A stretch of DNA of 64,000 nt from assembly GCA_051313645.2 (NCBI GenBank), contig JBNRSN020000007.1, positions 154,566,001-154,630,000 of the forward strand, in the 5' to 3' direction. Under the pieces are notes generated by a model. It ran no database searches, had not been told where the DNA came from, and saw only the letters and a list, made by a program, of their open reading frames with translations. This document shows, piece after piece, positions 10,635 through 21,500 of this stretch. The position numbers and the translations under genes were made by a program. The DNA is from Centroscyllium fabricii. Lineage: Eukaryota. Within the stretch, counting starts at the first letter, position 1, and the number at the start of each line of letters is the position of its first letter.

Positions 10635-10923
10635 TGTTACCGAATTAACGACCTCGGAGACGAGTTATTAAGAGGTGAAAAATACAGGCTTTTATTAGCT
10701 AAAGTTGGACATGCACCAGCTAGTCGACCGTCCCCAGGAATGGCCGCGGAAAGGGAGACGGCCGCTTATGTACCTGGTCCTGGGAGGGAGGAGTCACAGG
10801 CGGTGCCAGCATGGGCATGTCCAGGTGATCACACACAAATAACTATAATACAACATGGTTTAAGGGTGGTTACAGTGAGTTACAATAATATACAGATATA
10901 TACATAAAGAGTGGTTTACCACA
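10635..10923 (-). repeat. 5' LTR of Gypsy 1 (289 bp)
   Basis: Sense TGTGGTAA...GGTAACA. TATA-like TACATAAG at ~10766-10773. AATAAA at ~10691-10696. Confidence 0.88.
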
Positions 10924-11876
10924 GATCCCACATCTTTAGAGTAATCCCACACCTGTAGACTGATCACTAACCTGTAGAGTGATCCCACATCTGTAGAGTG
11001 ATCCCTAAAATGTAGAGTGATTCCACTCCTGCAGATTGATCCCTCACCTGTAGGATGATCCCACACCTGCAGAAGGATCCTTCACCTGTAGAGTAAACTC
11101 ACACCTGTAGAGAGAACCCTAACCTGTAGTGTGATTCCACACCTGTAGTGTTATCCCTATACTGTAGCATGATTCCACACCTGTAGATTGATCCCTCACC
11201 TGTAGAGTGATCACTCACCTGAAAAGTGATCCCATGTGTGCAGAGTGATCACCCACCTGTAGAGTGATCCCACACTTGTAAAGTGATCCCACATGGGTAG
11301 AGTGATCCCTCATCTGAAAGTGATCCCTCATCTGTAAAGTGATCCCTAGCCTGTAGAGTGATCCCTCACCTGTAGTGTGATCACACACCTGTAGAATGAT
11401 GCCACACCTGTAGAATGATCCTCACCCACAGAGTGATCCTCACCTGAAGAGTGATCCCACTAATGTAGAGTGTTCCCACACCTGTAGAATTATCCCTAAA
11501 CTTTAGAATGATTCCACACATGTAGAGTGAATCCACACCTGTAGAATGATCAGTAACCAGTAGAGTGATATCACACCTGTAGAGTGATTCCACACCTGTA
11601 GAGTGTTTCCACACCTGTAGAGTGAATCAGATGTAGAGTGACCCCACACATATATGTTCCCACCCCTGTAGAGTGATCACACATATATAGAATGGTCCCT
11701 CACCAGTAGAGTGATCCCACACCTATAGAGTGCTCCCCCACCTGTACAGTGATCCCTCACTTGTAAAATGATCCCCCACCTGTAGAGTGATTCCTTATCT
11801 GTATAGTGATCCCTCACCTGCAGAGTGAGTCCTCCCCTTTAGTGTGACCCCACTCTGGTAAATTGCTCCCCCACCT

Positions 11877-14800
11877 TTTTTTTTGTCCGTTTCTATTGGA
11901 AACCGCGCCGGATTTGGGAGCACGCAGGACTGCAGGAAACGCAGCTTGTGGCGGCCCGGCCCCCGACGCCGCCTGGTACAGCCGGCCCTGACCCCCGGCA
12001 CCGCCCGGGACACCACCCGGTACAGCTGGCCCGGCCCCGACACCGCCCGGTACAGCCGACACCGACCCCGACAACGCCCAGGACACCGACACTGCCCGGT
12101 ACATCCTTTGACAAGATGGCGGCGCGCATAGACGCAGCGGCTCAGTGCTCTCCTTTTCGGTGCTTCGTTTGGCTGTTTGTGTGTGTGTTGATACTTGTCC
12201 CGACAGCATCCTGCTGGGTGAACAACGTCTACAGCCGGCACGATCTCCTAGGAATAGGATTACATAGCGAGCGGGATGTTACAGCCGAGTTTCTCCGCTC
12301 CCGCGGCATCCCGGTGGATATCGGCAGGCGCCCCGGCTCTCCGTGGATTACCATCTCCGCGGGAAGGCGACGAAGGTGGCGCAGGGAAAGGAGGCAAAAG
12401 CGAGGCTGCAGAGCCGGCGTGCTGGTGAGGCTACGGAGACGGCCACACAAACCGCCGCTTCCTAGTGTCTTCCTCGCCAACGCAAGATCCCTCGCTAACA
12501 AAATGGATGAGCTGAAACTACAGGTTGCAATGAACAACATGCTGAAGGACAGCTGCATTCTGCTCTTCACAGAGACCTGGCTTCATTCATCCATTCCAGA
12601 CACAGCTATTGAGCTAGCAGGCCGCACAGTACACCATCATGACAGGACCAGGGACTCCGGTAAGAGCAGAGGAGGGGGGTTATGCATCTATGTGAACAAC
12701 AGCTGGTGTACAAATACTAAGACTGTAAGCAGCCACTGCTCCCCGGACCTGGAGTATGTGACTGTTAAATGCAGGCCCATATATCTTCCTCGGGAGTTCA
12801 CTGTTGTCATGATAACTGCTGTGTATATTCCACCAGATGCTAATGCTAGCTCGGCCCTTGGACATTTACATGAAACCATTAGCAGTCAACAGAGTATGTA
12901 TCCTGAGGCTGTTCACATTATTGCAGGGGACTTTAACCATGCTGATTTAAAGGCAGTGCTCCCCAAATTCCATCAACACGTTAAGTGTGCTACCAGGGGA
13001 GCAAATACACTGGACAAGGTCTACTCTAACATCAAGCTGGGCTTTAGGGCTAAGCCACTACCACACCTGGGCCAGTCAGACCACATGTCCCTGCTCCTGA
13101 TTCCAGCATATACCCCCCTCAGGAAAAGTGCTCTTACCATATCTAGATCTGTAAAAACCTGGCCCGAAGGTGCCTTTCAACAACTGCAGGACTGCTTTGA
13201 GTCAACAAACTGGGATGTCTTCGAACATCAGGACCTGGAGCAGAACACAACAGCTGTCCTGGGATACATCAAGTACTGCATGGACACTGTCACTGTGGAC
13301 AAGTGCATCCGGGTTTATCCCAACAGAAAGCCCTGGATGACAAAAGAAGTGCAGTGCCTGCTCAGGGAGAGGAACACCGCCTTCAGGTCTGGTGATGGGG
13401 CACTATACAGTGCTGCCAGAGCCAATCTGAAGATGGGCATCGGAGCGGCCAAGGCTGCTTACAGAAGGAGGATTGAGGACTGTTTCCAGAGCAACGACTC
13501 CAGGCAGGTGTGGCAGGGGGTCCAGCACATCACTAACTACAGACCCAGCAACCTCTCGGCTGATGACGGTGACGCCTCACTGGCAGAGGAGCTGAACCGC
13601 TTCTTCGCCCGCTTTGAGGTGGAGTCACCGGAGGTAGCCACACTGAACCCACCAGCCCACAGCAGTTATGTCCTCACGGTGGAGGAGTATGAGGTGAGGC
13701 GCACGCTGAGGGCCGTGAACCCGAGGAAAGCTGCGGGACCTGACGGCGTCTCGGGACAGGGGCTGAGGGTCTGTGCAGATCAGCTGGCAGGGGTCCTCAC
13801 CAAGATCTTCAACCAGTCCCTGTCTCAGGCGGCTGTCCCACCCTGCCTGAAGGCCTCCACAATCGTCCCACTCCCGAAGAAGAATGCCATTAGCAGCCTG
13901 AACGACTACCGTCCAGTAGCACTTACACCTATTATCATGAAGTGCTTCGAGAAACTGGTCCGGTCCCACATCATCTCAAATCTCCCACCCAGGTTTGATC
14001 CTCACCAGTTCGCCTACAGAGCTAAGAGGTCCACGGAGGACGCCATAGCCACAGCTCTCCACTTTGCCATGTCCCATCTGGAGCAGCAGGGGAGCTACGC
14101 ACGGCTGCTCTTTGTGGACTTCAGCTCGGCATATAATATCATCCTCCCCAACAGACTGGTGACCAAACTGACACACCTGGGAATATCCCACTCCATCTGC
14201 CTCTGGGTTCAGGACTCCCTGTCGAATCGCTCCCAGAGGGTGAGGGTAGGCCCCCACATCTCCTCAGACCTCAGCCTCAGCACTGGCTCCCCTCAGGGCT
14301 GTGTGCTGAGCCCCCTACTCTACACCCTCTACACCCACAGCTGCACCCCCGCCCACTCCAGCAACATCATCATCAAGTTCGCTGATGATACTACTGTGGT
14401 GGGGCTCATCTCTGGGGGGGATGAGTCCGCATACCGGGATGAGGTGGAGCAGCTGTCAGTGTGGTGTACAGAAAACAACCTGGTCCTGAACACTACTAAG
14501 ACTAAGGAGCTGATTATAGATTTTGGAGGAAAAGAACGAACATTCAGCCCCTGTTCATCGGCGGGGACTGTGTGGAGAGGGTCTCAGATCTCAAGTTTCT
14601 GGGTGTTTACATAGAGGATGACCTGAAATGGAGCGTCAACACCACTGCTATCACCAAGAAGGCACAGCAGAGACTGCACTTCCTGAGGGTTCTCAGGAGT
14701 TACCACCTCACACAAAAACTGCTTGTGTCCTTCTATCGTTGCTCCATAGAGAGCATTCTGACCTACTGCATCTGTGTGTGGTTCTCCAGCTGCACAGCTG

Positions 14801-15290
14801 CAAACAGGACAGCGCTCCAGAGGGTCGTCACCACAGCCCAAAAGATTACTGGCTGCCCTCTCCCCTCCCTGGAAGATCTGCACAGCTCCCGCTGTCTCAG
14901 GAAAGCACAGAGTATTCTTAGGGACGCATCTCACCCCGGACATTCCCTCTTTGAACTGCTGCACTCGGGCAGACGCTTCAGGACACTGAAAGCACGGACC
15001 AATAGATTAAAGAACAGTTTTAATGTCAGAGCCATAACCGCACTAAACACAGAAAAAAGCTTGAACATCTTGTAAATATTTTGATCTGGATCGTGCAATA
15101 CCTGTAGAATGTGAATGTGTGTGTGTAATGTGTTTCCTGTCTCCTCTTTGAAGCTGCTAATTATTTATTTCATAGTTTTTAATTATTTGTTTTTTTAGAT
15201 AGTTTTATGTTTCTCTTTCTTGCAATTTTAAGGATTGCATTTCAATTTTGTTGTACTTGTACAATGACAATAAAGACTTATTATTATTAT
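11877..15290 (+). mobile_element. Near full-length Rex1/Babar-type LINE
   Basis: APE domain (LANARSL, FTETWL, GDFNH, LDKVY, SDH) plus RT (PQG, KFADD). 3' CAATGACAATAAAG and (TTA)n tail. Possible TSD ACCT (11873-11876, 15291-15294). Confidence 0.88.
12116..15075 (+). pseudogene. Rex1-type endonuclease-reverse transcriptase ORF with one frameshift
   Basis: Open from ATG 12116 to ~14525. An apparent 1-bp deletion separates it from the C-terminal ORF ending at 15075 (…IQPLFIGGDCVERVSDLKFLGV…). Confidence 0.88.
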
Positions 15291-17628
15291 ACCTGTAGAC
15301 GGATCCCTCACCTGTAGAGTGATCCCTCACCTGAAGAGTGATGCAGATGTAGAGTGATCCCACACATATAATATGTTCCCACACCTGAAGACTGATCCAA
15401 CACCTGTAGAGTGGTCCCACATATATAGCATAAACCCACACCTGTACATTGATCCCTCATCAGTAAATTGATCTCAGACCTGTAGAGTACTCCCCCACCT
15501 GTAGAGTGCTCCCCACCTGTAGAGTGATCCCCCACCTGTAGAGTACTCCACCACCTGTAGAGTGATCCCCACCTGTAGAGTGCTCCCTCACCTGTAGAGG
15601 GCTCCCTCACCTGTAGAGTGATCCCTCACCTGTAGAGTGATCCCTCACCTGTAGAGTGATCCCTCACCTGTAGAGTGATCCCCACCTGTAAAGTGCTCCT
15701 CCACCTGTAGAATGCTCCCTCACCTGTAGAGTGATCCCTCACCTGTAGAGTGCTCCCTCACCTGTAGAGTGCACCCTCACCTGTAGAGTGATCCCCCACA
15801 TGTAGAGTGATTCCTCACCTGTAGAATGCTCCATCACCTGTAGAGTGATCCCTCACCTGTAGAGTGATCCCTCACCTGTAGAGTGCTCCCTCACCTGTAG
15901 AGTGCTCCCTCACCTGTAGAGTGATCCCTCACCTGTAGAGTGATCCCTCACCTGTAGAGTGATCCCTCACCTGTAGAATGCTCCCTCACCTGTAGAGTGA
16001 TCCCTCACCTGTAGAATACTCCCTCACCTGTAGTGATCCCTCACCTGTAGAGTGATCCACCACCTGTAGAGTGCTCCCCCACCTGTAGAATGCTCCCTCA
16101 CCTGTAGAGTGATCACTCACCTGTAGAGTGCTCCCTCACCTGTAGAGTGATCCCTCACCTGTAGAGTGATCCCTCACCTGTAGGGTGATCCCCCACCTGT
16201 AAAGTGCTCCCCCACCTGTAGAATGCTCCCTCATCTGTAGAGTGATCCCTCACCTGTAGAGTGCTCCCTCACCTGTAGAGTGCTCCCTCACCTGTAGAGT
16301 GATCCCTCACCTGTAGAGTGATCCCCCACCTGTAGAGTGCTCCCCCACCTGTAGAGTGCTCCCTCACCTGTAGAGTGATCCCCCACCTGTAGAGTGATCC
16401 CCCACCTGTAGAGTGCTCCCTCACCTGTAGAGTGATCCCCCACCTGTAGAGTGATCCCCCACCTGTAGAATGCTCCCTCACCTGTAGAGTGATCCCCCAC
16501 CTGTAGAGTGATCCCTCACCTGTAGAATGCTCCCTCACCTGTAGAGTGATCCCTCACCTGTAGAGTGATCCCTCACCTGTAGAATGCTCCCTCACCTGTA
16601 GAGTGCTCCCTCACCTGTAGAGTGATCCCCCACCTGTAGAGTGATTCCTCACCTGTAGAATGCTCCCACACCTGTAGAGTGATCCCTCACCTGTAGAATA
16701 CTACCTCACCTGTAGAGTGATCCCTCACCTGTAGAGTGATCCGCCACCTGTAGAGTGCTCCCCCACCTGTAGAATGCTCCGTCACCTGTAGAGTGATCCC
16801 TCACCTGTAGAGTGATCCCCCACCTGTAGAGTGATCCCTCACCTGTAGAGTGATCCCTCACCTGTAGAGTGATCCCTCACCTGTAGAGTGCTCCCCCACC
16901 TGTAGAATGCTCCCTCACCTGTAGAGTGATCCCTCACCTGTAGAGTGATCCCCCACCTGTAGAGTGCTCCTCCACCTGTAGAATGATCCCTCACCTGTAG
17001 AGTGATCCCTCACCTGTAGAATGCTCCCTCACCTGTAGAGTGATCCCTCACCTGTAGAATGCTCCCCCACCTGTAGAGTGATCCCTCACCTGTAGAGTGC
17101 TCCCCCACCTGTAGAGTGCTCCCTCACCTTTAGAATGCTCCCTCACCTGTAGAATGCTCCCTTACCTGTAGAGTGATCCCCCACCTGTAGAGTGCTCCCC
17201 AACCTGTAGAGTGATCCCTCACCTGTAGAATGCTCGCTCACCGGTAGAATGCTCCCCCACCTGTAGAGTGATCCCCCACCTGTAGAGTGATCCCTCACCT
17301 GTAGATTGCTCCCTCATCTGTAAACTGATCCTACGTGGGTGGAGTGATCCCACATCTGTAGTGACACCTTATCTGTAAAATGATCCCTAGTCTGCATTGT
17401 TATTGCTCGGCTGTAGAGTGATCCCTAATCTGTAGAGTGATCACATACCTGTAGAGTGATCCCACACCTGTAGAGTGATCCTCACCTGTAGAGTGATCCT
17501 CTCCTGATGAGTGATTCCACTACTTTAGAGTGATCCCAAACCTGTAGAATGATCCATAACCTGTAGAGTGATTCCACACCTGTAGAATGATCCCACACCT
17601 GTGGAATGATCCCTAACCTGTAGAGTGA

Positions 17629-18075
17629 CAATGCTCAATGGACGGGACACATTAAACGCATGCCTGATATGTGACTCCCAAAACAAGTGCTCTACTCGGA
17701 GCTCCGGCCTGGCAAGAGAGCCCCAGGTGGGCAGAGGAAATGCTTCAAAGCCTCAAAGCTTCCTTGAAAAAGTGTAACATCCCCACCGACAAGTGGGAAT
17801 CCCTGGCCCAAGACTGCACAAAGTGGAGGAGATGCATCCGGGAAGACGCCGAGCACCTCGACTCTTCGCCGGGAGCAAGCGAAAGCCAATCGTAGGCACC
17901 ACAAGGAGCTCACGTCAACCCAAGCACCCCACCCACCCGCCCCTTCAACCACCGTCTGCCCCACCTGTGACAGGGACTGTAGGTCCCGCATTGACTCATT
18001 AGTCACCTGCGAACTCATTATTAATGTGGAAGCAAGTCATCATCTATTCCGAGGGACTGCCCAAGAAAGAGAGAG
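17629..18075 (+). mobile_element. RTE-clade LINE 3' fragment
   Basis: Decayed WTGHIKRMP..LPKQVLYSEL..RAPGGQRK..LKASLKKCNI..CPTC..SHLRTH C-terminus with an AG-rich tail. Confidence 0.8.
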
Positions 18076-18498
18076 ATTCTACACCTGTAGCTTGATCTCA
18101 CACCTGTAGAATAATCCCTAACCAGTAGAGTGATTCCACACTTTTAGAGTGACTCCGCACCTGTAGCGTGATCCCACACCTGTAGAATGGTCCCTAAGCT
18201 GTAGAGTGATTCCACATGACGTATCGTCAATAAGACAAAGACGAGTAGTTACCTTAACTAGAGGCTTTTATTCACTTTACAATGGAGCTACTCTCCAGTC
18301 GAACATTGAGTACATAATGAATGGGGGCAGGTCAGACCTCACCTATAAGGCGCTCACCTGAGGGGAGGAGTTAGAGGTGTGGCTGACCTGACCTCGCGAC
18401 AGTGTCGTTATACAAAACTATATACAATGCACCCAGCCACTATACATGCTGGTCTGTAGTCTGCTCAACTATATATACTTGTAATCATGATTACCACA

Positions 18499-18512
18499 TT
18501 CACCCCTTCTTT
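18499..18512 (-). promoter_or_regulatory. Polypurine tract of Gypsy 2
   Basis: Sense AAAGAAGGGGTGAA immediately before the TG of the 3' LTR. Confidence 0.85.
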
Positions 18513-18597
18513 GAAAATTGAGTATGGCGGGGTGAATGGACAGAACCTGTTAATGCAAAGAAAGAAAAAAAATTGTATATTATTGTATGAGTCCAGC

Positions 18598-21500
18598 TCA
18601 ACAGTTCACAATGAGTCTCTCCGGCGGTCGTGTCTGCCTTGAGGACCGCCGGGGTTCTGGTAGCGGCGCTGGTGCCGGTTGTGGCGGCGGGGCCGGGTCC
18701 TCCGGCAGCTGTGTCTGTGGTGTGGCATCTGGTTCTTGGTCCTCAACTGATAGTGTCGGGGGCCCCGGTGTGTGCGTGTGCCTAGGCCAGGATCTGGTGG
18801 GTTGTGGTTGGTGTGTAGGCCAGTGGTCGGTAGGCGGTGGCTGGTCGGGCTGAGGCTCGACCAGGGGCTCTGCTGTGGTGCTCCCGGCGGGTGCTAGGTC
18901 CCTGATGGAAACTGTGTCCTCGCGCCCGTCTGGGAACTGCACGTAGGCGTACTGCGGGTTGGCGTGCAGCAGCTGCACCTTTTCCACCAGGGGGTCGGTC
19001 TTATGGCCGCGGACATGTTTTCTAAGTAAGACCAGCCCCGGCATCGTGAGCCACAGTGGGAGTGCTGTCCCCGAAGTCGACTTCCTGGGGAATGAAAACA
19101 GCAAGTCGTGAGGTGTGGCATTTGTAGCCGTACACAGCAGAGAACGGATGGAGTGGAGGGCGTCTGGGAGGACTGCCTGCCAACGGGACACTGGAAGGCC
19201 TCTGGACTTCAGGGCCAGGCTGACCGCCTTCCAGATGATCCCGTTCTCCCTTTCTACCTGGCCGTTCCCCCGGGGGTTGTAACTGGTCGTTCTGCTTGAG
19301 ACAACCCTTTTCTGAAGCAGAAACTAACGCAGTTCGTCGCTCATGAACGATGTCCCCCGGTCGCTATGGATGTAGCTGGGGAGACCGAAAATGGCGAACA
19401 CCGTGGTGAAGTGTTTGATCACCGTTGCGCACATCATATCTGGGCAGGGGAAGGCAAAGGGGAAGCGGGAGAACTCGTCTACGACCGTGAGAAAGTACGA
19501 GTTGCGGTCGGTGGAGTGGAGGGGGCCTTTGAAGTCCACGCTTAGACGTTCAAAGGGGCGGGTGGCCTTAATGAGGTGTGCCGTGTCTGGCCTGTAAAAT
19601 TGGGGTGTGCACTCGGCGCAAACAGGGCACTCTCAGGTCATAGCCTTGATCTCCGTGATGGAGCAGGGGAGGCTACGAGATTTAACGAAATGGGCAAGTC
19701 TGGTGATACCCGGGTGGCAGAGGCGATCGTGGAGTTCCTTCAGCCGGTCTAGCTGGGCACTGGCGCACGTTCCACTGGACAGTGCGTCCGGGGGTTCATT
19801 GAGTTTGCCTGGTCGGTAAAGAATGTCGTACTCGTAGGTTGAGAGCTCGATCCGCCATCGCAGGATCTTATCATTCTTGATTTTACCCTTTTGTTTATTG
19901 TTAAACATAAAAGCTACCGACCGTTGGTCGGTGAGCAGGGTAAAACGCTTACCGGCCAGGTAATTACGCCATTAGCGCACGGCCTCCACGATGGCCTGGG
20001 CCTCCTTTTCCACTGCAGAGTGGCGAGTTTCGGGTCCCTCTATGGTGCGGGAGAAAAACGCTATGGGCCTGCCTGCCTGATTCAGGGTGGCGGCAAGGGC
20101 AAAGTCCGAAGCGTCACTCTCCACCTGGAAAGGGATGGACTCATCAACGGCGTACATGGTCGCCTTGATAATATCTTCCTTGATCCGGGCGAACGCCGTT
20201 TGGGCTTCTACCGAGAGGGGGAAGACGGCAGCCTTAAGGAGCGGTCTGGCCTTATCCGCGAACTGGGGAACCCATTGCGCGTAATAGGAGAAAAATCCCA
20301 GACATCTACTCAGGGCTTTGGGGTTGTGAGGTAGGGGCAGTTCCTGTAAGGGGCGCATACGCTGTGGGTCGGGGCCAAGGACTCCGTTTTCCACCACGTA
20401 TCCGAGGATGGCGAGCCGATCTGTACTAAAGATGCACTTGTCTTTATTGTACGTGAGATCGAGCCGTTTTGCCGTGTGGAGGAATTTAGCCTGGTTGGCA
20501 TCATGGTCCTGCTGGTCATAGCCGCAGATGGTCACGTTGTCCAGGTAGGGGAAAGTGGCCTGCAACCCATTCTGGTCAACCATGCGGTCCATCTCCCTTT
20601 GGAATACCGACACTCCGTTGGTCACGCCGAAGGGGACCCGGAGGAAGTGGTAGAGCCGACCGTTCGCCTCGAAGGCGGTGTACAGGCAGTCGGCTTTCCG
20701 GATCGGGAGTTGGTGATATGCCGACTTAAGGTCGATTGTGGAGAAAACCTTATACTGGCCGATCTGGTTAACCATTTCCGAGATGCGGGGAAGGTGGTAG
20801 GCGTCGAACCCGGTGTAGCGGTTAACGGTCTGGCTGTAGTCGATCACCATCCACAGTTTCTCGCCAGTCTTAACCATTACGACCTCGGCCCGCCAGGGGC
20901 TGGTGCTGGCTTCAATTATCCCCTCCTGCAGCATACGCCCGACCTCCGACCTGATAAATGCCGGATCCCCCGCACTGTAACGCCGACTCCTGTTAGCAAT
21001 GTGTTTGCAGTTGGGGTCGAGTTTGGCGAACAGCGAGGGGGGGTCGACTTTCAGGGTGGATAGGCCGCAAGTCGGGCTCTGCTTTAGGAAATGATTGTCC
21101 CGGCTACTGACGGCGAGGGGGGGCAGGGTCCCGCCGAACTCCATTGTCACGCTCTTCAGGTGGCACTGGAAATCCAGTCCCAGTAAGACTGGGGTGCACA
21201 ACTGCTAGAGTACGTACAGTTTAAAATTACGGTACACACAGTCCCTGACTGTGAGCGTGATGGAGCAGTAGCCGGTGACGTCCGCCGTGTGCGACTTTGA
21301 AGCAAGGGAGATTTGGTAGTGTCGGGGTGAATGAAGCTCTCTGTGCTTCCGGTGTCGAACAGGCAGTTGGTGATATGGCCGTTAACTTTAATCCCCATCA
21401 TGGAATTTGATAGGGTGTGCGGCCTAACCTGGTCGACCGTGGCTGAGGCCGAAGTGTGTGTGTGTGGGCCCTCCGCTAGCTGGGGCCGTGCACAAGATGG

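Larger units (their letters stand above)
7347..10923 (-). mobile_element. Ty3/Gypsy LTR retrotransposon 1 (frameshifted; 3' LTR almost entirely deleted)
   Basis: Gag with two CCHC knuckles, protease LFDSGS, RT, RNase H (VESDAS), integrase HHCC and core. 5' LTR 10635-10923. TSD GATCC at 7342-7346 and 10924-10928. Confidence 0.93.

Noticed and set aside
11948-12115. Pro/Thr-rich N-terminal extension of the 888-aa ORF
   Set aside because: Starts at GTG in a GC-rich repeat leader; the first ATG in good context is 12116.
15560-17310. CRISPR-like regular repeat array
   Set aside because: Head-to-tail monomers with no unique spacers, no cas genes, eukaryotic context.
18511-18900. Possible env or chromodomain after the integrase of Gypsy 2
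   Set aside because: The IN C-terminus is Pro-rich and ends RRSSRQTRPPERL; under 100 bp remain before the PPT.
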